Position numbers and translations under genes: made by a program
Shown here: positions 12,401 through 25,392 of the stretch, one piece after another
Position numbering within the stretch: position 1 is the first letter of the stretch
Layout: each line of letters starts with the position of its first letter
Source: Chiloscyllium plagiosum
Taxonomy: Eukaryota
Direction of reading: 5' to 3'
NCBI RefSeq assembly: GCF_004010195.1
Contig: NC_057718.1
Coordinates: 98,551,184 to 98,612,421, forward strand
Length of the DNA stretch: 61,238 nucleotides
Notes under the pieces: generated by a model
Database searches by the model: none
What the model was told of the DNA's origin: nothing
The model's input: the letters and a program-made list of their open reading frames with translations, nothing else

Positions 12401-14840
12401 GAACAAAATAACTTCTGATTCTTCACACAGCTGTTGGTAAGCCTTTACTGTGCACAATTTGGCTAGTCTTTGCTTAGAACACAGCGACTGTTGCGAAAAT
12501 CTCATTCATGGTTCGTGTGCTTTGATTTAATGAATTAAACTTAGCAGCAGAAAATGGGACAAATGTAATTTAAGCACCTTGAAGTCACGTATGCTTAAAA
12601 GGTTGGGGTTTCGCGATGCATTACAAAGTTAACTAACAAAGTCAAGTAATTAAAATGCTGGGCTTTAATGATTGCCAGAACACTTAAATGTAGTATCAGA
12701 ATACCAGTGTTTGTTCAACAGAATCAGAAGGTATGGAACTAAACAGAAAACAGTAGGTAGCTTACTTAGTTACAGTAGTATAGTCCAAAGGGAGCTATGG
12801 CTAAACTAACTTAAAAACATTGAATAAAGCCTAAAGTTCAGATTAAGGACAGTCCTGTAAGGGCTACATTATATTCAAGCCGGGCTGAGCTTAGAAGGTT
12901 TCTCTATTTAGTAGTGTGTTTGTTAGGAGCTAATTTCAGCCTGAAGCTGGGCAACTGATGAAGTAAAGTCATGCAGCATAAATGCTGTTGTTAGCAGGCT
13001 CCAAACAATTAGAACAGAAGTTCCCATAAGCCACAAAGTTCAGTGCAGCTGAGTGGGGGTGGTTTGGTTAAAAAAAACGTCCACAAGCAGTATTTGCTTA
13101 AGAAAGTGAGAAAGATTGAAACATCAAAAATTCAGCTTTGGAAGTTGTTTGATAAAACTTTAAATTATGCTAGTAACTAAATGTTTAGGAGTCATCTCAG
13201 GAGTCCTGTGGCACGCTGTCTCAGGCGAAGAGATTGTTTTCATCTTGGTAATTCAGTCATTAAATGAGTTCAAGCTGCAAAGGCTTTTGAGGGACTTCCA
13301 AAACCAGCTCTTTCAAAGTGAAGAACTGGAAGCCTCTGTAAAGGAGACAATGTTTTAATGAGATTTAGTGACCCAAGCACGGGTAGGTCCTGTCTTGACA
13401 ATATTGAGCACTTAAAGTGCAATCCGCAGAGTGCTCAACCTGTTTGTCTATTAACTCAGTTATCTCATGCCAATTCTGTTAAGTTATACATTATCAATAG
13501 TTTAATACTATAACTACATTTAATTTCATTTGTTCAAAACAGTGACTTTATTTTCTTAATAAGTACTTGGATTTTAAACTGTTTATTTTCAAACAAGAAA
13601 TATTACTGGCCCCTAATTGGAACCATGTCATAAATTTAACAGTCTTGAGAGGAATCATAGGAACTATGCTTCAAAGAAAGTAATTGGCTTTGAAGCTCTC
13701 TTGGAAGACCTCAGACCATTAAGGCATTACATACCAAGGATCTACAGGTTGGGAATTTGAAAAAAAATGCAAAGAGGAATAATAGTTTTCAGTGGAATAG
13801 GATTGAGTCATTTTCATCCACCTCTTGGCGACTGACTAATTTCCACTACTCTGAGACCTGACCATGGTCATCCATCTTAGAAGGAGATCAACGTAAAAAA
13901 GCACTGTGAAAAAAACCCCTTAAAAACGTGTTTATATGGTCAAGTACTTTGCACAAGAGCAAACCAAATGGTGTGCAAAGACATAACAGTGGATAATCTA
14001 ATATGATGTTCCATAGAAGACAGAGCCCTTCTCAAATGCACACTTGTTACTTCGAAATTGAAGATGCATCAATGAGGTAGAAAACTTCCATTCTGCAATC
14101 TTTTCAAATGAACTGAACTTGAGGGATTGGTTTAAACTATAATAAGCAAAAATTAAGTATATTTTCCCAATAATTTTTAAATTATGATTTTCTAATCTAA
14201 TCATGTCTTAAAAAGTAGTCACTGTGAACAATCAACACCATTACCATCACAGCAAAGCTACAAGTAAATGACAAATTGTGGAATGCGTCATTGCAACAGC
14301 CTTGCTTAGATTTAAACCAGAAGATGAGTGTCATTTCGTTGATATTCATTTGAAGCAGCAGGGAATTCCTTTTCTGTTAATTGTTAATATATGCTCATAA
14401 AAGCAAATTTGAATTTTTGTGAACCACATGGGTATAACCAGATCAATTAACTCTGCTTAGTCCATTTTAACTTTATTATAGAAAACATATTTATATTAGA
14501 AATTTATTGCAAATGTCATCCTTCATAAATTTTTAGATCTTTACTTTTTTTTTAAAAAAGATACAGATTTCCTTAATCAGTTCTGGTTATTTAAGCACAT
14601 TCTCACATTTAAAACCTACAAATAAGACATTTTCCAGCAAAACTCCTTTTTGTCTTTTATATTGCAAATTTTGGTCAAGTACAGGAGTTAGTTTGTCAAT
14701 TTTGTTTTATAGTTATGATATTATTTGCCTTATATTTGTTAAATGTGTTTTGTTCTCACAATTTATACAATGTTCTCACACAGTTCAGTTAATTTTTTAT
14801 TTCAGTTCTAATCCTTGTAAACATTGTTCTTCTCAGGAAT

Positions 14841-15060
14841 GAAGCTGAAAATGTGTTGCTGGAAAAGTGCAGCAGGTCAGGCAGCATCCAAGGAGCAGGA
14901 GAATCGACGTTTCGGGCATGAGCCCTTCTTCAGAATTCCTGAAGGGCTCATGCCTGATACGTTGATTCTCCTGCTCCTTGGATGCTGTCTGACCTGCTGC
15001 GCTTTTCCAGCAACACATTTTCAGCTCTGATCTCCAGCATCTGCAGTCCTCACTTTCTCC
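14841..15060. mobile_element. Fold-back Penelope-derived element with 13-bp TSD
   Basis: Arms 14843-14933 / 14939-15026 inverted, tail 15027-15060; exact TSD tcttctcaggaat at 14828-14840 and 15061-15073. Confidence 0.9.
14901..14938 (-). ncRNA. Minimal type-I hammerhead ribozyme motif (intact core)
   Basis: GAAUU CUGAAGA A GGGC UCAU GCCC GAAA CG UC GAUUC: 5-bp stem I, 4-bp stem II, palindromic ACGU stem III, GUC cleavage triplet. Confidence 0.85.
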
Positions 15061-15819
15061 TCTTCTCAGGAATCCCCATGATCAGGTAACAGTTGGGTGC
15101 ATCATTGAGTGACTTGTATATATTTGTTTCCTTCTTCTCTAATGAAAATATGTAAATAAATCCAAAATCTCTCATCGCTAGAAGTTATTTTTAATAGCCT
15201 TGGTTCTTCAACCCTGTGAGCATGGACCTATAGTACAGCAACAGGAAACTGTGAAATTACAACTAAAACTACTGCTCAGCAACACATTGTTAATAATTGC
15301 TTTGAACCATGTCTTAATTGTACATACCTGAAATCAAAGTACATGCTAAATAATGTGACAAGAAAACGTATAATGCATGGTGAAATGAGTTATTCTCTGC
15401 AGGGTAATAAAAATTAGATAGTGTTTTGTTTTAGAGTTCTGTGTCCTTTGAGGTTAATGCTGAATCAGCAGGATGCTTCATCAGATTGAGGCTACACCAT
15501 TTACGCTTCTCTGTTTAGAGTTTACTGAATTGATTTAATTCATCTTAGCCAATATAAACTGAGCTGGCATGTCATTAAAATGGTAGTTGTGGGTACATTC
15601 TGTGCTTGCAATGACTTCTTGCCTGGCTGCATTTGAACTAAAAAATGGTCATGAAGAGAAGGGAGGCCTATTTACTATACAATATTTATGTCCAGTGATG
15701 CCACAACAAATTTTAACTGGTACAAGCTGCAGGCTTGCTCACATGGAAACACTTAAAATCCTAGCAGGATACTTGAATCAGAGTCACAGATGTTGCATAA
15801 AAGGGATGCAAATGGGAAG

Positions 15820-16155
15820 GTGATAGTCTAGTGGTGTTATGACTGGACCAATAATTCAGAGATTGAGGTAATGCTCTGGGTATCTGGGTTTGAATCCCAC
15901 CATGATAATTAGTTGAATTTGAATTCAATAAAAATCTAGAATTAAGTGTCTAATAATGACCACAAAATCATTGTTAATTATTGATAAAACCCATTTGGAG
16001 CATTAATGCCCTTTAGGAAAGGGAACAATGTCCTTACTTGTAACTACATGTGACTCCATACCCACAGCCAATGTAGTTGACTCAACTGCCCTCTGGGGAT
16101 GGACAATAATCTGGCATAGCCAGCAGCACATGCAATCTGTGCCTGAATAAAAGAA
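15820..16155 (+). mobile_element. tRNA-derived SINE
   Basis: A-box tagtctagtgg, B-box ggtttgaatcc; 3' end resembles the tail of the LINE at 55512-57345. Confidence 0.7.
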
Positions 16156-16689
16156 AGCTTGGGTCTCACACATTCAATTAAAGATGGCACTCTTTAAAAA
16201 GTGCCAGTTCTCAGATTGTTCCCTTGTGAAGACCTCTAGAACCGCAGGACACCGTTTATAAGTGAGGGGGCTCCCATTTAAGACTGAGATAAAAAATTTT
16301 TTTTTACTCAATTGGTTATTGCCTAGAATTGTCTGCTCAAGAGATTAGTGGATCATTGAATACATTCACCACTGAATTAGATATATACTTGAGCAGCAAG
16401 AGAGTGGATCAAGAACATGGAATTAAGATCATAATCAAATCAGTCACGATATTACCTAATGACGAAGCAAGTTTAAGGGGCTAAATAGCACGCACCTACT
16501 GCTAACATTTGTGTTCTTATAAAGTGAGGTTCAACCTGCCTCCTCAGATGCATACATGGCATTATCTGAAAGAGGAGTACGAGAGCTAAGCCTTAGTCTT
16601 GTCTAATATTATCCCTCAACTCCAACAGTAGATCCTCCCTCACTACTGTAAGATATAGCAAATTACAGAAAGATGAGAGACACCCAGGG

Positions 16690-19200
16690 TTTTAGTTGGA
16701 GGCAATTTCAACTTTGCTAACCATTAACTGTGATCACCTTAGTGTTAAAGGATTAGGCAAGGTGAAATTTTTTTAAAGTTGATCTAGCAAGGTTTTTTTC
16801 ACCCATATATAGAGAGTCCTTCTATAGATGGGCAGTGTTAGACCTAATACTAAGGAATGAAAGTGATCAAGTGTTTGATGTTTTAATGGGGATAGTGATC
16901 ATAACTCAGTTGGTTTCAAACACATTATGGAAAGGGATAAAGGATAGTGCAGATGTTAAGTGTATAAATTGGGGAAGGCTAATTTCAATAATTAAACAGA
17001 ATCAGGCAAAAATAGACTGGGTACAGCTACTTGCAATTAAGTCTACATTTGGAATGTAGAAGTCTTTACAAAATAGTATAGCAAGAATTCAAGGCCAGTG
17101 TGTTCCTCTAAGAGCAAAGGGCAGGGTAAGCAAGTCTGAGGAAATCCGTATGACAAGGGATAGAGAGTTTGATTTAAAAAATGGAAGCATTTGCCAGCTG
17201 AGCACTGAAAACAGAGGATATCCTTCAAAAGTACAGAGTATAGGGGTTTGCTTAAGAAATAAATTAGGAGGGCAAGAGGATGCACAAACTACACTTAGTA
17301 GATAGGGTCAGAAAAAACCCAAAGGCATTTCATATTTGTTTTAAGAATAAGAGGATCACCAGGAAAGTGTGAGTCTATTAGAGGCCAAAGAGACTATCTG
17401 CGTGTTGAACTAGTGGACATGGGTGAGGTCTTAAATGAATATTTCTCATCTATATTCACAGAGGAGAGAAACATTATAGTCCCAGGTATTGGAGTTGTGA
17501 TGGTGAGGTTCATGGACACGTTACAATTTAATAAAGGAGGTGGTAGAAGGCATTTTTGTGGGCTTAAAGATGCATAAATTCCAGGGCCTGATGAGATATA
17601 TCCCTGACTGTTATGCAAGACAAGGGAGGAGATTGTTGAGGTAGAGATATTTAAAACCTCCCTGGCCACAGGTGAAATGCCAAATGACTGCAGGCTAGAT
17701 AATAGCTATGAAAAAGCAATAATGGGGGACAAGATTAAATGTGAGACTAATCAAGCTAGTAATATAAAAGAAAATTGCAAAGGTATTTTTTTCAACATAA
17801 AAAGGTTAGAGTGGGCTAACAGTGGATATTGGACCACTGGAGTAGTAGTATGGGGAACAAAGAATTAGTGGAGGAACTGAATCGGTGCTTTAATCAGTTT
17901 TCACAGTGGAAGACACCAGTAGATCACCAGAACTTCAAGAGAGTCGGGACAGAAGGGAGTCTAGTGGCCGTGACTAAAGAGAAGGCATTGGGGAAGCTAT
18001 AAGTTCTGGAGGTGGATAAATCACCCAGCCCAGATAGACTACACCCAAAGTTCTGAAGGAGATAGCTGGGGAGATTGTAGGTGCATTAGTAGTGATTTTT
18101 CAGGAATCACTGGAGTTGATACTGAATATGGCTAACATAACACGCCTGTTTGGGAGGCAGGCAGAAGACAGGAAATTATAGCCAGTTAGACAAATCTTAC
18201 CAGTAAGATTTTAGAGTCCATTATGAAGGATGAGATTGCAGAGCACTTGGAAACACATGGTAAAATAGGACTGTGTCAGTACTGCTTCATCATGGAGACG
18301 TTATGCCTGACAAATCTGTTAGAATTCTTTGAGGTAATGAACAAGTTAGACAAAGGAGAGCCAGCGGATGTGATCTACTGGGATTTCCAGAAGCCTTTCG
18401 ACAAGGTGCAGCACAGAAGGCTGTGAAGTAAAACAAGTGCCCACAGTGTTGGGGCAAGGTACAGGCATGATTAGAGGATTGGCCCGCTGGTTGAAGTTAA
18501 AAATCACAACACCAGGTTATAGTCCAAGAGATTTGTTTGGAAGTGCAAGCTTTCAGAGTGCTGCTCCTTCATCAGATAGCTAATGGGGTAGGATCATTGG
18601 AGACAGAATTTAGAAATAAATATCAATATATAGAAACTGCTCCACTAGCTACCTGACAAAAGAGCAGCACTCCGAAAACTTGTACTTACAAATAAAGTAC
18701 AAGTTTTCGGAGTGCTGCTCTTTTGTCAGGTAGCTAGTGGAGCAGTTTATATATATATTAATATTTATTTCTAAATTCTGTCTCCAATGATCCTACCCCA
18801 TTAGCTATCTGACGAAGAAGCAGCACTCTGAAAGCTTGCACTTCCAAACAAACCTGTTGAACTATAACCTGGTGTTGTGGGATTTTTAACTTTGTCCACC
18901 CCAGTCCATCACCGGCACCTCCGTATCATCACTGGCAGAAGGCAGAGAGTAGAGATAAAGGGATCCTTTTCAAGATGGCAATTAGTGATTTGCAGAGTTC
19001 CACAGGGGGCAGTGTTGGGTACCAAAGCTATTCACATTATACATTAATGATCTGGACAAAGGTATTGATGCCATTGTTGTTTAGTTTGCAGATGACACAA
19101 AGATAGATGAAGGGATAGGTAACGTGGAGGGAGCAGGAAGGCTGCAGAAAGACTTGGACAGGCTGGGAGAGTGGGAGAAGAGGTGGCACATGGAATAACA
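16690..19200 (+). mobile_element. Composite decayed CR1 ORF2 (two copies, join near 17700), interrupted at 18494-18930
   Basis: G.FN, LDLIL, DKSPSPD, DVIYWDFQKPFDKV, VPQG, FADDT motifs. Confidence 0.85.
18494..18930. repeat. ~400-bp nested palindrome of Penelope terminal repeats with four hammerhead-like motifs
   Basis: 18494-18686 is the near-perfect reverse complement of 18696-18892; each arm itself holds an inverted pair of CTGAnnA..GAAA motifs. Confidence 0.9.
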
Positions 19201-22200
19201 GTCAGAGATTTACAGAATAAAAAACAGACCCTTCGGTCCAACTCATCCATGCCGACCAGATTTCCCAACCTAATCTAGTCTCACTTGCCAGCACCTGGCC
19301 CATATCCCTCCAAACCCTCCTATTCATGTACCCACCCAGATGCTTTTTAAATGTTGCAAGTGGATAGCCTCAGTCACTTCCTCTAACAGCTCATTCCATA
19401 CATGCACCACCTTCTGCATGAAAAAGTTGCCCCTTAGGTCCCTTTTATATCAAATCTTTCACAGTAAAATCTATGCCTTCTAGTTCTGGACTCACTCACC
19501 CACCCCAGGGAAAAGACTGTCTACTTATCCTATGCATGCTCCTCATGATTCTATAAACCTCTATAAGGTCACCCCTCAGCCTCTATGCTCCAAGGAAAAC
19601 ACTCCCAGCCTATTCAACCTCTCCCTACAGCTCAAATCCTCCAACCCTGGCAATATCCTTGTAAATCTTTTCTGAACCCTTTCAAGTTTCACAACATCCT
19701 TCCTGTCGGAAGGAGACCAGAAGTATATGCAATATTCCAAAAATGACCTAACCAACGTCCTGTAGCCTCAACGTGACCTCCCAACTTCTTTACTCAATAC
19801 TGTGACCATTAAAGGAAAACATACCAAACTCCACCTTTGCTATCTTATCTACCTGCGACTCCACTTTCAAGGACCTATGAACCTGCACTCCAAGGTCTCT
19901 TTGTTCAGCAACACTCCCTATGACTTTACCATTAAGGTGTATAAGTCCTGCTAAGATTTGCTTTCTCAAAATGCAGCACCTCGCATTTATCTAAATTAAA
20001 CTCCATCTGCCACTCCTCAGCTTATTGACCCATCTGATCAAGATCCAGTTGTAAACAGAGGTAACATTCTGTGCTGTCCATTACACCTCCAATTTTAGTG
20101 TCATCTGCAAACTTACTAACTATACCTCCTATGCTCACAACCAAATCATTTATTTAAATGACTAAAATGTATATGACCCAGCACAGATTCTTGTGGCACT
20201 TCACTGGTCACAGGTCTCCAGTCTGAAAAACAACCCTCCACCACTCTGTCTTCTACCTTTGAGCCAGTTCTGTATCTAAATGGCTAGTTCTCCCTATATT
20301 CCATGAGATCTAACCTTACCAACCAGTCTCCCACGGGGAACCTTGTCGAACGCCTTACTGAAGTCCATATAAATCACATCTACCACTCTGCCCTCATCAA
20401 TTCTGTTACTTCTTCAAAAAACCCAAGTTCGTGAGACAGGATTTCTCAAGCACAAAGTCATGTTGACTATCCCTAATCAGTCCTTGCCTTTCCAAATACA
20501 TGTATATTCTGTCCCCTAACATTCCCTCGAACAACTTGCCTACCACCGACGTCAGGCTCACTGGTCTATAGTTTCCTGGCTTGCCCTTAATACCTCAAAA
20601 AAAATGGCAGCACATTAGCCAACCTCCAGTCTTCTGGCACCTCACCTGTGACTATCAAGGATACAAATATCTCAGCAAGGGGCCCAGCAATCACTTCCCT
20701 CGTTTCCCAGAGTTCTAGGGTACACCTGATCAGGACCTGGAGATTTATCCACTTTTATGCATTTGAAGACATCCAGCTCTTCCTCCTCTGTAATATGAAC
20801 ATTTTTCAAGATGTCACCATCTATTTCCCCACATTCTATACCTTTCATGTCCTTTTCCACAGTAAACAGTGATGCAAAATACTCATTTAGTATCTCCCCC
20901 ATCTCCTGCAGCTCCACACAAAGGCTGCCTTGCTCATCTTTGAGGGGCCCTATTCTCTCCCTAGTTACCAGGTTGTCCTTAAATGTATTAGTAAAAACCC
21001 TTTGGATTTTCCTTAACCTTATTTGCCAAAGCTCTCTCATGTCCCCTTTTTGACCTCCTGATTTCCCTCAAGGATACTCCTACTACCTTTATACTCTAAG
21101 GATTCACTCAATCTATCCTGTCCATACCTGACATATACTTTCTTTTTCTTAACCATAACCTCAATTTCTCTAGTCATCCAGCATTTCCTACACCCACCAG
21201 CCTTTCCTTTCACCCCACCAAGAATAGAATGTGTCTGGACTCTCGTTATCTCATTTCTGAAGGTCCTCCATTTTCCAGCCATCCCTTTATCTGCGAACAT
21301 CTACCCCCAATCAGCTTTTGAAAGTTCTTGCCTAATACGGTCAAAATTAGCCTTCCTCCAATTTAGAACTTCAACTTTTAGATCTAGTCTATCTTTTTCC
21401 ATCACTATTTTAATCGTAATAGAATTATGGTCGCTGGCCCCAAAGTGCTCCCCCACTGACACCTCAGTCATCTGCCCTGCCTTATTTCCCAAGAGTAGGT
21501 CAAGCTTTGCATCTTCTCTAGTAGGTACTTCCACACACTGAATCAGAAAATTTTCTTGTATACACTTAGCAAATTCCTCTCCATCTAAATCCTTAACACT
21601 ATGGTAGTCCCAGTATATGTTTAGAAAATTAAAATCCCCTACTATAACCACCCTACTATTCTTGCAGATAACAGAGACCTCCTTACAAATTTGTTTCTCA
21701 ATTTCCAGCTATTAGGGAGATTATAATACAATCCCAATAAGGTGATCATCCCTTTCTTATTTCTCAGTTCCATGCAATTAACTTTCCGGGAGGTATTTCC
21801 AGGAATTTCCTCCCTCAGTACAGCTGAAATGCTATCCCTTATCAAAATCGCCACCCCCCATCCCCTCCTCTTTTGCCTCCATTTCTATCCTTGCTGTAGC
21901 ATTTGTATGCTGGAACATTAAGCTGCCAGTTCTGTCCATCCCTAGGCCACGTTTCTGTAATTGCTATGATATCCCAGTCCCATATTCCTAACCATGCCCT
22001 GAGTTCATCTGCCTTCCCTGTTAGGCCTCTTGTATTGAACTAAATGCAGTTTAATTTATCAGTCCTGCCTTGTTTTCTGCTTTGTCCCTGTCTGCCCTGA
22101 CTGTTTGACACTCTTCTGTTCTCAACTGTACCGTCTCAGATTGATCTCTTTCCTCATTATCTCCTCTGCTTACTAGTTTAAATACTCCCGAGCTGCTAGT

Positions 22201-22590
22201 ATATTAATCCCCTTCCAATGCAGGTGCAATCCTTCTTGTATAGTCACTTCTACCCAGAAGAGATTCCAATAATCCAAAAATGTAAATCCTTCTCCCATAC
22301 ACCAGCCTCTCAGGCATTGCATTCATCTGCCCTATCCTCCGATTCCTATCCTCACTAGCTCATAGCAACGGGAATAAGCCAAGTATTACTATTCGAGGAC
22401 TCCTTTTTAAATTCCTGCCTTCAGAATCTCATCCCTTTCTCTTCCTATGTCCTTGGTACCAATGTGTACAGTGACCTCCTGCTGGGCCCTCTCCCACTTA
22501 AGAACACTCTGCACCCTCTGAGACATCCTTGATCCTGGCACCAGGGAGGCAACACACCATTCTGATTTTTTGCTGCTGGCCACAGAAAAT
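19200..22590 (-). mobile_element. Long CR1 LINE: ORF1 esterase-like end, APE endonuclease and RT (decayed)
   Basis: RMVCCLPGARIKDVSE (ORF1), VIVGDFNF, LDLLL, GASDHNSI (APE), KSPGPD; same subfamily as 2706-4862. Confidence 0.95.
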
Positions 22591-22593
22591 CAA

Positions 22594-22685
22594 GAATTCC
22601 TGTTGAAGGGCTTTTGCCAGAAACGTCGATTTCCCTGCTCCGCGGATGCTACCTGACTTGCTGTGCTTTTCTAGCACCACACGCT
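22594..22685 (+). mobile_element. Penelope-like terminal fragment, degenerate hammerhead
   Basis: gaattc CTGTTGA A GGGC TTTT GCCA GAAA CG TC gatt followed by the family tail. Confidence 0.75.
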
Positions 22686-22862
22686 TGAAAACTTTATAAC
22701 ACACTGATCAGTCGACAGATGGAATACCATGTGCAGTTCTGGTTGCCACATTATCAGAAGGATGTGATTGCACTGGAGAGTATATTCAACAGAATGTTGC
22801 CTGGGATGAAAAGTCTCAGTTATGTGGAAAGACAGGATCGGTTGGGTTTGTATTCTTTGGAG

Positions 22863-22968
22863 GAGAAAGTGAGACTTCCTGAAGAAGGGCTTATGCCCGA
22901 AACGTCGATTCTCCTGTTCCTTGGATGCTGCCTGACCTGCTGCGCTTTTCCAGCAACATATTTTCAGC
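22863..22968 (+). mobile_element. ~106-bp Penelope remnant with 16-bp TSD
   Basis: Exact TSD tttgtattctttggag at 22847-22862 and 22969-22984; begins with the inverted tail gagaaagtgag. Confidence 0.9.
22871..22913 (+). ncRNA. Minimal type-I hammerhead ribozyme motif (intact core)
   Basis: UUC CUGAAGA A GGGC UUAU GCCC GAAA CG UC GAUUCUC; stem I imperfect. Confidence 0.75.
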
Positions 22969-24189
22969 TTTGTATTCTTTGGAGTAGAGGAGGCTAAAGG
23001 AAAGACCAGATTGAAGTGTACAAAATTATGACAGGCTTAGACAAAGAAGATTGTGAGAATCCTTTCCTCACAGCAGTTGTGTCTAAGACAAGATGGCATA
23101 AATGGCCTTACTTCCACTCCTATGTCTTATGGTCTTAAGATAAGGAGGAAGTGGTTTAGAGGAGGTATGAGGAAACATTTTTCACCCAGGTGGAGTTGGA
23201 AATATGGAACATACTGCCTGAGAGAGAGTGGTAGAGGCAGGTATTCTCAACATTTAGAAAGCATCTGGATAAGCATTTAAAATTTCAGGAATGATAGGCT
23301 GACCAAAGTGGAGATAAATGGGATTAGTGCAGTTTGGTATTTGTTGGCTGGCATAGTCATGGTCAGCCGAAGAATCTGTTTCTATGCTGTAAGACTCTAT
23401 GACTCTATCATAACAGTAAGTTCACTTTAAAAAGTACTTCTTTGACTGTAATGTTTTGAGACCTCCAATGGTTATGAAAGGATAAATTGAAGTTTTTCTT
23501 TTTATGTCTTTTCTGAAACTTGCAGGTTGGTAACATTTTCTGGTTTACAGTTATGTATGCATTATCTGAAACATCATTTATCCACAGAACACCCAACCAA
23601 CAGAAGCTGTGTTGATACTTTTAATCAAACTGCTCAGAGACATAACATTCTCCTTGAGCATGTGGGATCTAAATTTAGGTCTCTTGGTTCAGAGTTAGGG
23701 ACATTGTGCCACAAGAGACATACTATATGCTGTGTACTATGCAGTGTCTGACTTTTTTTAATAATCTGGGATCACTGCAGAACAAGATAAAATGACAGAC
23801 TATTGCAGGGAGTCTATTCTACAGTCTGTAAATTGCTTTCAGATTCAAATTTTGATCTACCCAAATCACCTGCAGCTCAACCATTTAAAAACTTTCTTGC
23901 CCTTCCTCTACTTATGTTCTCTGCCATTAAAATAGTCCAGAAAAAAATTAATGTATATCTCTCCCTGCGCAATATATAATTCTTCTTCCAATATTCACAA
24001 TCCACAGACATTTCTTTCTCAATGCTGTTACTTCTAAACTCATCCCGTGACAATTTCTCTCCAGCATTTCAACTATCTTTCCCCAGTTTAGCACAAACCA
24101 ATATAACTGTACATTCAAAGATTGTGCAAAGATTTGTAGCTCGGGTGCTCGTTGCTGTGGTTCTGTTCGCCGAGCTGGAAGTTTTTGTT

Positions 24190-24229
24190 GCAAACGTTTC
24201 GTCCCCTGGCTAGGCGACATCATCAGTGC
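24190..24229 (-). ncRNA. Minimal type-I hammerhead ribozyme motif (intact core)
   Basis: GCA CUGAUGA U GUCGCCU AGCC AGGGGAC GAAA CG UU UGC; the mirror copy at 25373-25412 has GAAA->AAAA. Confidence 0.8.
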
Positions 24230-24471
24230 TTGGGAGCCTCCTGTGAAGCGCTTCTTTGATGTTTCCTCCAGTGTTTATAGTGGTCTGTCCCTGCCACTTC
24301 CGGTTGTCAGTTTCAGCTGTCCGCTGTAGTGGTTGGTATATTGGGCCCAGGTCGATGTGTTTGTTGATGGAGTTTGTGGATGAATGCCATGCCTCTAGGA
24401 ATTCCCTGGCTGTTCTCTGTCTGGCTTGCCCTATGATAGTAGTGTTGTCCCAGTCGAATTCATGTTGCTAG

Positions 24472-24971
24472 NNNNNNNNNNNNNNNNNNNNNNNNNNNNN
24501 NNNNNNNNNNNNNNNNNNNNNNNNNNNNNNNNNNNNNNNNNNNNNNNNNNNNNNNNNNNNNNNNNNNNNNNNNNNNNNNNNNNNNNNNNNNNNNNNNNNN
24601 NNNNNNNNNNNNNNNNNNNNNNNNNNNNNNNNNNNNNNNNNNNNNNNNNNNNNNNNNNNNNNNNNNNNNNNNNNNNNNNNNNNNNNNNNNNNNNNNNNNN
24701 NNNNNNNNNNNNNNNNNNNNNNNNNNNNNNNNNNNNNNNNNNNNNNNNNNNNNNNNNNNNNNNNNNNNNNNNNNNNNNNNNNNNNNNNNNNNNNNNNNNN
24801 NNNNNNNNNNNNNNNNNNNNNNNNNNNNNNNNNNNNNNNNNNNNNNNNNNNNNNNNNNNNNNNNNNNNNNNNNNNNNNNNNNNNNNNNNNNNNNNNNNNN
24901 NNNNNNNNNNNNNNNNNNNNNNNNNNNNNNNNNNNNNNNNNNNNNNNNNNNNNNNNNNNNNNNNNNNNNNN
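24472..24971. other. Assembly gap (500 N)
   Basis: Run of N; ORFs crossing it are artefacts. Confidence 1.
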
Positions 24972-24972
24972 C

Positions 24973-25392
24973 ATGAGCAAAACTGATGTAGTGTACAAAA
25001 TACCATGCAAGGCCTGCACAAAACACTATATAGGACAAACAGGAAGACAGCTAACAATCCGCATCCATGAACATCAACTAGCCATGAAACGACACGACCA
25101 GCTATCCTTAGGAGCCACACACGCAGACAACACGGAACACAAATTTGACTGGGGCAACACTACTATCATAGGGCAAGCCAGACAGAGAACAGCCAGGGAA
25201 TTCCTAGAGGCATGGCATTCATCCACAAACTCCATCAACAAACACATCGACCTGGACCCAATATACCAAACACTACAGCGGACAGCTGAAACTGACAACC
25301 GGAAGCGGCAGGGACAGACCACTATAAACACCGGAGGAAACATCAAAGAAGCGCTTCGCAGGAGGCTCCCAAGCACTGATGATGTCGCCTAG
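24973..25392 (+). CDS. C-terminal GIY-YIG endonuclease region of a Penelope-like ORF (partial; 5' part lost in the gap)
   Basis: VVYKIPCKACTKHYIGQTGRQLTIRIHEH...REFLEAWHS...SIN: VY..C..C...YIGQT with conserved R, H, E, N. Confidence 0.9.
   Translation: MSKTDVVYKIPCKACTKHYIGQTGRQLTIRIHEHQLAMKRHDQLSLGATHADNTEHKFDWGNTTIIGQARQRTAREFLEAWHSSTNSINKHIDLDPIYQTLQRTAETDNRKRQGQTTINTGGNIKEALRRRLPSTDDVA

Larger units (their letters stand above)
22715..23410 (+). mobile_element. CR1 3' fragment interrupted by a PLE remnant
   Basis: MEYHVQFWLPHYQKDV...RLGLYSLE; tail ctctatgactctat. Confidence 0.85.

Noticed and set aside
12500..13640. Possible old LTR-like elements (also 6510-7150, 51780-52750, 58055-58660)
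   Set aside because: Composition is suggestive, but termini and TSDs could not be defined by eye
932..15060. Palindromic elements as DNA-transposon MITEs or miRNA hairpins
   Set aside because: One-sided tails, variable 13-15-bp TSDs and, for the 14.8-kb family, identity with the 3' end of the RT/GIY-YIG element at 28 kb point to Penelope origin
15321..15345. Possible recursive splice site ctttgatttcag|gtatgt on minus (other weak splice-signal pairs near 5958 and 7955)
   Set aside because: Short pyrimidine tract; cannot be told from chance without nascent RNA data
24426..25120. Long ORFs of 183-229 aa
   Set aside because: They consist of N-gap X residues
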